Shown here piece by piece: positions 38,941 to 46,130 of a DNA stretch of 54,509 nucleotides. The position numbers and the translations under genes are program-made. The notes beneath the pieces are model-generated. The model had not been told where the DNA came from. It worked only from the letters and a program-made list of their open reading frames with translations, and ran no database searches. The DNA is from Blastocatellia bacterium (GTDB lineage Bacteria; Acidobacteriota; Blastocatellia; UBA7656), in assembly GCA_022615215.1 (NCBI GenBank), contig JAKEHD010000310.1:1-54509 (forward strand), given 5' to 3'. Each line of letters starts with the position of its first letter. The first letter of the stretch is position 1.

Positions 38941-39027
38941 TATACTGTCGATTGCACTGCCACATTGCGAAGTGGAAAGAGCGCGACACGATACCGGTAA
39001 TCCGGCAACATACAGGATCGAGATGAT

Positions 39028-40908
39028 ATGAGGTTCAGCGGGGTCGAAAGCAAAGCGCGACTGGTGATGGCGCTTTTCGTAGTTGCGCTGCTTTTGACCA
39101 TAGGTCTCAGCCTGACACTCTACTCCCAGGCAAGGCGCGAACTCGCAAACCAGCGCGTGCGCCAGATGGAACTCGAAGCCTCTCTTCTGGTCTCCCGCTT
39201 ATCCGATAAACAGACTGAAAACAGCAGCAACCATCTCAAGCAACAGCTTGAACGCAGCCATATATCAGCGACAGTAGCCCTGTTTTCCGTCGACCGCAAA
39301 CTTATCGCGCTGGCTTCTACGACAGATCGCATGCCGGATGTTCAGGCTCTCTCGCCGAAGGTCGTATTCTCTGATGCCGTGCTATCCAAGGAAGATACAG
39401 GAACCGACCCGCCCACTACAGTCCATTTTCGCAATGAAGCGGGATTCGAGATCGTCGAAACCCTCGCGCAAGGGTCCACGGCTCTCGTCCTGGCCCGACC
39501 CGTCAGCGAGGCGTCTTCGCCCATAATTTTCTATGTCGCCAGTTATCAGGTAATCGCGCTGATACTGGGGATAGGGCTTGTTTTTTTGCTGGTCCGCTGG
39601 CTGCTCAGACCTTACCGTCGCATGGTCGAGGCAGCGCGCGGAAGCCCCGTTCGCGCATCCTCCGCAATGAGCGAAAGCGAGTTCGTCGTCGAAACATTTC
39701 AGGCCCTGGTCGAACAATTGAAGGCCAAAGAGCGCGAGCTTGCCCATCTTCACGAAACAGAGCGCAATCGGGCCGAAAGGTCCGAACATTTCAGCGAACG
39801 GCTGATCGCCAATATGCCGAGCGGGTTGGTGGCGATAGATGCCGCCGGCACCGTTACATCAGCAAACGCCCGCGCGATAGAGATATTCTCTCTTGCAGAA
39901 ACATCGCAACTGTCGACAGTTGCACCTCCCTTCGACGGTAAATTGCAAGCTCTGTCGATAGACTATCGCGTCTTGTTCGAGTCAGCGCCTAAAATGGCCG
40001 AAATGATCGCAAGGTGCCTGTCGGACGGGATCAGCTTTCGACGAGAAGAAGTGGAGGTGATAGCCCCCGATGGACGACTGCGCCACATCGGTCTGAGCGT
40101 ATCTCCCATCGGACATACTCCGAACTCACAGGAAGGCGCGCTCTGTTTGATGACGGACCTTACGGAAGTTATAGAGTTGCGCGAGCGCATGAAATTGCAG
40201 GAAAGCCTCGCCAACCTCGGAGAGATGGCAGCGGGCCTGGCCCACGAATTCAAGAACTCGCTGGCAACCATACAGGGCTATGTTCAACTTCTCGACGCGC
40301 AGATCGAGCCGGCCGATGCAAACGATGACCGCCGGCAATCGCTCGACGCCACGCTCAACGAGGTCCGGTTGCTGGCCAGACTCATTACGGATTTTTTGAA
40401 CTTCGCCCGCCCCCAGCAACTCAACCTGTCTCGAATCAATCTTCGCTCGATCATAGAGGATTGCGCCGGTGAAATCGGCGCTCGAATATCTCAAGCCGGG
40501 ATCGAACTGCGTATAAAGGGTAATTTCGCCGACTTCGAAGGAGATGAATCCATGCTCAGGCGCGCTTTCGTGAACCTTATGCGCAATGCCGTCGAGGCCA
40601 TAGACTCGCAAGCGCCGGATAAACTCATAGAGGTCACAGGCACGATTGTCAACAGTACAGGCCGCCGTTACGCGCACGTTCGCATACGCGATACGGGCAG
40701 CGGCATCTCCCCCGAAGACATGCACAGAATATTCATTCCTTTCTACACAACCAAATCACGCGGATATGGAATAGGTCTTGCCATAGTACAGAAGATCATA
40801 GTAGCCCATGGGGGCAACGTCACCGTCGAATCAAGCGATAGCTCCGGCACAATCTTCGATTGCCGCCTTCCTCTTCTCTGGCCCTCTCAGCCTGTGGAGC
40901 AAAAGTAA
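39028..40908 (+). CDS. Sensor histidine kinase (membrane sensor + PAS + HisKA + HATPase_c; NtrB/PilS-like)
   Basis: 626-aa ORF with two TM helices. H-box AAGLAHEFKNSL, N-box RNAVEA, and G-boxes DTGSGI and GYGIGLA. Confidence 0.85.
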   Translation: MRFSGVESKARLVMALFVVALLLTIGLSLTLYSQARRELANQRVRQMELEASLLVSRLSDKQTENSSNHLKQQLERSHISATVALFSVDRKLIALASTTDRMPDVQALSPKVVFSDAVLSKEDTGTDPPTTVHFRNEAGFEIVETLAQGSTALVLARPVSEASSPIIFYVASYQVIALILGIGLVFLLVRWLLRPYRRMVEAARGSPVRASSAMSESEFVVETFQALVEQLKAKERELAHLHETERNRAERSEHFSERLIANMPSGLVAIDAAGTVTSANARAIEIFSLAETSQLSTVAPPFDGKLQALSIDYRVLFESAPKMAEMIARCLSDGISFRREEVEVIAPDGRLRHIGLSVSPIGHTPNSQEGALCLMTDLTEVIELRERMKLQESLANLGEMAAGLAHEFKNSLATIQGYVQLLDAQIEPADANDDRRQSLDATLNEVRLLARLITDFLNFARPQQLNLSRINLRSIIEDCAGEIGARISQAGIELRIKGNFADFEGDESMLRRAFVNLMRNAVEAIDSQAPDKLIEVTGTIVNSTGRRYAHVRIRDTGSGISPEDMHRIFIPFYTTKSRGYGIGLAIVQKIIVAHGGNVTVESSDSSGTIFDCRLPLLWPSQPVEQK

Positions 40909-41015
40909 CAGGGCGTAAACTAATGTAACAGACAGTTTTTCTTCCACTTAAAATCCAATCCCAAAATACCGCCAGACGGGGCGAAAGCAGCTATTTCAAT
41001 AGCCTGATCAGGGTA

Positions 41016-41031
41016 TGGCAGGATATTTGCA
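41016..41031 (+). promoter_or_regulatory. Sigma-54 (-24/-12) promoter upstream of the pseudopilin gene
   Basis: TGGCAGgatatTTGCA has GG (41017-18) and GC (41029-30) separated by exactly 10 nt. This closely matches the TGGCAC-N5-TTGCA consensus. It lies about 50 nt upstream of the GTG at 41082. Confidence 0.7.
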
Positions 41032-41081
41032 CTAGAACTGGCGTCGTAATTCAAATTCATGCCCCCCGGCAGGAGGTTGAG

Positions 41082-41546
41082 GTGGAAAAGTACAGAAAGT
41101 CAAACTCTCGCTTCGGCGGAGAAAAAGGCTTAGGACTTATGGAGGTCATAGTCGGCGTCCTCGTAACGCTGATTGTGTGCTCGATTCTGCTTCACCTGGT
41201 TCGCCTGGGTTATGAGGTGCATAAACTGAATTCCACGACATCGGGCATCGCCGACAAACTTGGAGTGGCGCGAGAACAGGCAATGAATCATCGCCAGGAC
41301 TTCAGCGTCATTTTCGAGGCAGAGAGCAGGCGGTTCGGGCTCGACCTTAACAACAACGGCAGGCTCGACACCATCGAATCCGATGAACTGCCCGAAGGGG
41401 TCGGCCTGTTAGAAGACGCGATTGTAACCTTTTCAAGGTCGGGTAATTTGAAAGCCGGTTCGAAAGAACCTGAGATCATAATCAGCAATAGTAGAGATGC
41501 GCGCACTATAACCGTATCTTCTCTTGGCGCGATTGAAATCGATTAG
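41082..41546 (+). CDS. GspH/FimT-like pseudopilin (type IV pilin-like N-terminus)
   Basis: 154-aa ORF with a GTG start 5 nt after AGGAGG. Prepilin-like G/LGLMEVIVGVLV with Glu at +5. GspH-like AREQAMNHRQDFSVIF...FSRSGN. Confidence 0.7.
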   Translation: MEKYRKSNSRFGGEKGLGLMEVIVGVLVTLIVCSILLHLVRLGYEVHKLNSTTSGIADKLGVAREQAMNHRQDFSVIFEAESRRFGLDLNNNGRLDTIESDELPEGVGLLEDAIVTFSRSGNLKAGSKEPEIIISNSRDARTITVSSLGAIEID

Positions 41547-41787
41547 TCTGTCGCTAGACTGCATTGACAGGGTCGGGGAGTTACTCTGTCAGAGCGGGTA
41601 GGCCGCGACGGGGGATCTATTAAGGAACTAACAGATTGCAGAAACTGCCGCTGCTCTCTGTCCCTCTCCACCATTATCTGATCTTCAGATCGAGATACCT
41701 CCGTCGCGACCTGCCCGCATTTTTTCGTCCTGACGAAAGTCTCATCCCGCCGCCTTCATTCTCTCAATATACGAGACAGAACTTCAT

Positions 41788-44241
41788 CTATCGCTCCTCT
41801 TCGTCGCTCTTATCTTCGGCCCGGCGATTCGATTTGCCGTTGGCGTTCAAGAAGTTCGGGAAGGTAGGCTCGACGGCCTCTTCTATATCGGGGAAGCTGC
41901 GCAGCCAGAGCGACGGCTCTTCTTTCATCTCTTCCGTCACACGCTCGCGCAATCGATTCATGAAGGCCTGAGCGCCCGTCCCATCCGCATCGGCCAGAAA
42001 CACGACCAGATCGTTGCGCGAATTCGTCGATATGAGATCTGTCTCGCGGACTAGCGATCTCACAAGCTCGAAGAGCCTCAGCGCCTTCTGTGCGCCATTG
42101 GAAGTCATGTCAGGCAGGCAGCAACCAACTATTGAAAATGATGACCCGCTGTCTATAGCCGCTTTGACGCTCGTTTCGACCATCGAAACGAAATTTTGAT
42201 ATGGAGTGAACCGCTCGTTGTCGGCCTCCGTCAAAAAGCCTGGCGGAACCCCTGTGCGATCTGTCTTCCTGCCCGCGCGAGGGGCTCGCGGCTCTGCTCC
42301 TGTATGAGAAGTTATTATCCAGGAACTGATGTTGCGATAGCGCGCTATAAGATGCCGCGCTTTCTGTCGGAGTTCCTTCACATTGACAGGCTTCGTCATA
42401 TAATGGTCCGCGCCCAGTTCCGCCGCCAGCACGCGATCACTCGCCCTCATGTGCGCGCCCGATATGATCATGATAGGCATGTTCAGACTCGACCGGATAT
42501 GAGCAAGTATCTTGAACCCGTCGATTATCGGGAGGTCCACATTCAATATGACCAGGTCCGGCTTGAACGATATGAGCTTCGCCAGGCCGCTCACGCCATC
42601 ATGCACGACCTCCACCGTGTAATCGCCGAGTTCCTGGGCCGTCAACTCGCACGACATAGGGTTGTCATCTATGACGAGCACGTTGAAGTCTTTAGGGTTT
42701 ACCGCTTCCTGCGATACGGGCGATTCTCTCGGAGTGGGAAGAGCGGCCGGTATATGAGTCGAAAAAGTCTCTTCGCCTGTCTCAGGCGGGTGCAGCAATA
42801 TCTCCACCGCGCGACGGGTTATGGGCGAGCCTTCGCTCGCCGTCCGTCCGCTCCCGCCCTTTCCCTGCGCGGGAGATGATTCGACCGACTCGGATGGCGC
42901 TTGATCGTATTCGCCGACCGCAGGCCGCGAAGAAGGCATCTCCTCTTCAGACAGATCGCGCCCTTGATCTAAAAGAGATAAAGGTGATTCGTCCGACTCG
43001 ATGCCGGTCTGCAAATCGGAGCGAGCAGGAAATTCTGCCGCTTGCGGCGCAGAAGCAGGTCTCGCTTTCGCATCATCATAAGCGACGGACCGCTGCTCGA
43101 TTTCATCCAGGTCTATAGGAGAAGCTATGCCTGCCAGGTCATCCAGCAGGTCCGACAGCGGGTCGGATTGTTCTTCGTTGCTCCAATTCGATTCGAAGAG
43201 CGATCTTTCGGAAGGCCGCTTATCGGGAGAAGGGACGTTTGGGGTTTCCGAACGCTCGCCTGAATCTTCAGACTCCGGCTTTGAAGCCGCCAGTCTCTCG
43301 TCGCCCGGTAACGAAATGTCGTTGACTTCCCTTTCGCTCACATCAGAGCCGGAACTTTCTTTCGTATGCGGCAAGTCCGTGTCGATCTCGCCAGATCGTT
43401 CCGAGGCAGAGGGCGGCGGTTCGGTCTCTTCCAGTTCCGGCAGATCGATTTTTATAGAAGGCGGCCCGACTTTGAATCTCGTAGCGAAACGCTCCTGCGC
43501 GCGGCCCAGCAAGAACACGCCTCGTGAGGGGTCGACTTCGATTGCCTGATCAGGAATCGAAGGAGATTTTTCAAATACGAAGAAGCGGGTGGCTCGTTCT
43601 GAAATCTCTTTCACTTCGAATCGAAACGATTCTCTGACGAGCGGCCTGAAGTATTTGACCACTTCCTGCTCTTCCCCGTTGGCCACGAGCACTGTGGTCG
43701 CCCCGAACGATGCGGCCCAGTCGGCAAAGGCACGAACGCGATCCAAGAGATCGCCTTTTTCGCTCAACACAAGGTGAGCGACAGGGTCGAATATAATGCG
43801 ATGAGGCTTTGCCTCGCCGAGCAGCCATTCGAGTTCGCGCAGGACGGGCGTTATCTCCCGCAGCCCGGCTATCTGTTGAACGATCTCGCTTGTATATTCG
43901 AGTATGATCAGGCGTCCGCTGTATATATCTTCGAGGCAGTCGTATCCGAGCCGCGCGAACCGCCGAACCGCATCTTCGGGAGAGTAGCGAATAACGAGCG
44001 CGCCGCTCTCTCCGCGTTTCAGTCCTTCGATCAAGAATTTGATCCCGAACAGCGATTTGCCCGCCGCATCCCCATGGATGAGGTACAGGCATCCCTGTTC
44101 GAGTCCGCCGAGCAATTCGTCGACAGGTTCGACACCGGCGGCTACAAGCTTTCTGGCTCTCGCTTCCATAAGCAAATAAATTATGGTGCTTAAAAAGTAT
44201 TCCGGGGAGCTTCGCCCACAGGATAAGGGCGAAAGCATCAA
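41788..44241 (-). CDS. Multidomain signalling protein: KaiC/RecA-like ATPase, about 250-aa acidic disordered linker, receiver (REC), degenerate GGDEF domain
   Basis: 817-aa ORF; the likely start is MEARARKL at 44169. P-loop-like HGDAAGKS and Walker-B-like RIIFD. REC segment VLVIDDN...DLVILNVDLP...ADHYMTKP. C-terminal RETDLISTNSRNDLVVFL aligns with PleD-type RESDLLSRYGGEEFVV. Confidence 0.75.
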   Translation of the reverse strand: MMLSPLSCGRSSPEYFLSTIIYLLMEARARKLVAAGVEPVDELLGGLEQGCLYLIHGDAAGKSLFGIKFLIEGLKRGESGALVIRYSPEDAVRRFARLGYDCLEDIYSGRLIILEYTSEIVQQIAGLREITPVLRELEWLLGEAKPHRIIFDPVAHLVLSEKGDLLDRVRAFADWAASFGATTVLVANGEEQEVVKYFRPLVRESFRFEVKEISERATRFFVFEKSPSIPDQAIEVDPSRGVFLLGRAQERFATRFKVGPPSIKIDLPELEETEPPPSASERSGEIDTDLPHTKESSGSDVSEREVNDISLPGDERLAASKPESEDSGERSETPNVPSPDKRPSERSLFESNWSNEEQSDPLSDLLDDLAGIASPIDLDEIEQRSVAYDDAKARPASAPQAAEFPARSDLQTGIESDESPLSLLDQGRDLSEEEMPSSRPAVGEYDQAPSESVESSPAQGKGGSGRTASEGSPITRRAVEILLHPPETGEETFSTHIPAALPTPRESPVSQEAVNPKDFNVLVIDDNPMSCELTAQELGDYTVEVVHDGVSGLAKLISFKPDLVILNVDLPIIDGFKILAHIRSSLNMPIMIISGAHMRASDRVLAAELGADHYMTKPVNVKELRQKARHLIARYRNISSWIITSHTGAEPRAPRAGRKTDRTGVPPGFLTEADNERFTPYQNFVSMVETSVKAAIDSGSSFSIVGCCLPDMTSNGAQKALRLFELVRSLVRETDLISTNSRNDLVVFLADADGTGAQAFMNRLRERVTEEMKEEPSLWLRSFPDIEEAVEPTFPNFLNANGKSNRRAEDKSDEEER

Positions 44242-44350
44242 TAATCAATAGAAAAACTTTCGTGCTTTAAGCCATCTGCGAACGCTTCCCGGTTCCCCGA
44301 GCTGCCTCTCAACCTATTCAAAATGAATAATAGTGTGAATTCACCAGTTT

Positions 44351-44483
44351 CAGCTATCAGCTATCAGTCTTCAGCCATCAGCGGCCAGTGGTCAATGGTC
44401 GGTGGTTAGTAATCAGTCAATATCGATCACGCATCACGCCTGATAGCTGATGGCTGACGGCTGACAGTTGACAACTGACGGCT
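44351..44483. repeat. Nineteen consecutive phased degenerate heptamers with dyad symmetry
   Basis: CAGCTAT CAGCTAT CAGTCTT CAGCCAT CAGCGGC CAGTGGT CAATGGT CGGTGGT TAGTAAT CAGTCAA TATCGAT CACGCAT CACGCCT GATAGCT GATGGCT GACGGCT GACAGTT GACAACT GACGGCT. The left-arm words are reverse complements of the right-arm words (CAGCCATCAGC / GCTGATGGCTG). Confidence 0.85.
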
Positions 44484-44487
44484 GCAA

Positions 44488-46008
44488 TCACAAGAGCGCG
44501 ACGGCCTGTCGCAGTCGTTCGACGGTTCGCTTTTGTCCAAGAGCGATCATTATATCGAACATTCCAGGCCCGACCGATTGCCCAGTCAGCGCGGTGCGGG
44601 CGGCATTGATCAGAAGGCCCGCCTTCACCCCATTCTCTTCGGCATAATTCCTCAAGACGGCCTCCGCCGCGTCGTGTGTGAATTCATCTATCGAAGCGAG
44701 GCGTTCTGCGAGTCCGGGAAGCAACTCTTTCAGGCGTTCATCTTTCAAGTTCTTCTTGACCGCCGCCTCTTCGTATTCGAAATCGTCCGTAAAGTAGGGC
44801 CGTCCGAGCGCGGAAAAATCGGTTATCGCGCGGTAGCGCGCTCGCAAAAGGTCGACCGTTTGCGCGAACCATTCGCGCTTATCGGTTTCATAGCCGTCGC
44901 TCCATAGACCCGCCTTCTTAAATTCCTTCGCAACCATCGAGGTCAGTTCTTCAATCGGCATGGAGCGTATGTATTCGCCATTCATCCAAAGGGCCTTCGG
45001 GTCTGTCCAATCGCGCGCGTCTTGAGGAAAAGAGTCTTCCTTGCTTTCGTTGAAGTTGAATATGGCGGCCGCTTTGTGTACTCCTTCGAGCGAAAACTTT
45101 TCTATAAGTTCCTGCCGCGTCATGATCTCCTTATCCGAACCCGGCGACCAGCCGAGCAGGGCGAGAAAGTTGACCAGCGCATCGGAGACGAATCCGCGAT
45201 CTCTATAAGTGGTGACCGATACGACCTCGCCGTGTTTGCGCTTGGAGAGCTTCTCCCTTCCCGGCGCGAATATCAAAGGCAGATGCGCGAACTGAGGCAA
45301 AGCCACGCCCAGCGCCTCGTATATCAATACCTGTTTGTGAGTGTTCGTCAGGTGGTCCTGCCCGCGAATGACATGGGTTATTCGCATCTCTATGTCGTCG
45401 ACGACGACCGAGAGATTATAGAGCGGGTGCCCGTCGGAACGTATGAGCACAAGGTCTTCGATGTCCGAGTAATCGCGCTCCTGTGTGCCGTAAACCAGGT
45501 CTTCGAATCGGGATACGCCCTCTTCGGGGACTTTGAGCCTGATTGCGGCAGGCTCTCCCGCCTCAATGCGGCGCGCTGCTTCTTCGAGAGGCAGGTCACG
45601 GTAAGGGTTGCGCTCTTTTCCGATCAGGGCCTGAGCGCGAGTGCGATCCGGTATCTGTTCTTTCACAGTGCGATCACGGGGCGGCTGCTTCGGCGTAAAG
45701 TCGTAATAAGCCCGGCCCGCTTCGATGAGGCGGCGGGCGGCAGCGCGATGTTGTTCCACGAACGAAGATTGAAAGAAAGGGCCTTCGTCCGGGTCAAGAC
45801 CCAGCCAGTGCATGCCTTCGAGTATACCCTGAACCATAGCATCCGAAGAGCGTTCGATGTCGGTGTCTTCGATGCGAAGAATGAAAGTGCCTTTATGTTG
45901 GCGGGCGAAAAGCCAGTTGAATAGCGCAGTGCGCGCACCGCCGAGGTGAAGGTAGCCTGTGGGCGAGGGAGCGAAGCGAACTCTTACGGTGTCAGTCATA
46001 ACCTGCAA
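44488..46008 (-). CDS. gltX: Glutamate--tRNA ligase
   Basis: 506-aa ORF. HIGH region (PSPTGYLHLGGARTA) and KMSKS-like KLSKR. The start is either the TTG at 46008 or the ATG at 45999. Confidence 0.95.
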   Translation of the reverse strand: MQVMTDTVRVRFAPSPTGYLHLGGARTALFNWLFARQHKGTFILRIEDTDIERSSDAMVQGILEGMHWLGLDPDEGPFFQSSFVEQHRAAARRLIEAGRAYYDFTPKQPPRDRTVKEQIPDRTRAQALIGKERNPYRDLPLEEAARRIEAGEPAAIRLKVPEEGVSRFEDLVYGTQERDYSDIEDLVLIRSDGHPLYNLSVVVDDIEMRITHVIRGQDHLTNTHKQVLIYEALGVALPQFAHLPLIFAPGREKLSKRKHGEVVSVTTYRDRGFVSDALVNFLALLGWSPGSDKEIMTRQELIEKFSLEGVHKAAAIFNFNESKEDSFPQDARDWTDPKALWMNGEYIRSMPIEELTSMVAKEFKKAGLWSDGYETDKREWFAQTVDLLRARYRAITDFSALGRPYFTDDFEYEEAAVKKNLKDERLKELLPGLAERLASIDEFTHDAAEAVLRNYAEENGVKAGLLINAARTALTGQSVGPGMFDIMIALGQKRTVERLRQAVALL

Positions 46009-46024
46009 TTATCCGGGACCGGCG

Positions 46025-46054
46025 AAAAAAAAGGCAAGCTCCTCGGAGCTTGCC
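46025..46054 (-). terminator. Canonical Rho-independent terminator after the VIT/vWA gene
   Basis: On the minus strand: GGCAAGCTC-cgag-GAGCTTGCC followed by TTTTTTTT. Confidence 0.85.
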
Positions 46055-46130
46055 TTCAAGCACAGATTGAGAGGAGGACATCACAAACTACGGAGACAGG
46101 AACTCTATTCTCTCGAATCCAGGATTCTCT

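Noticed and set aside
43571-44248. 225-aa alternative-frame minus-strand ORF overlapping the N-terminus of the KaiC-like gene
   Set aside because: The translation is Arg-rich and nonsense-like. The other frame carries the ATPase motifs.
45022-45924. 300-aa plus-strand ORF antisense to gltX
   Set aside because: This is a shadow ORF inside an unambiguous glutamyl-tRNA synthetase gene, and no motifs are present.
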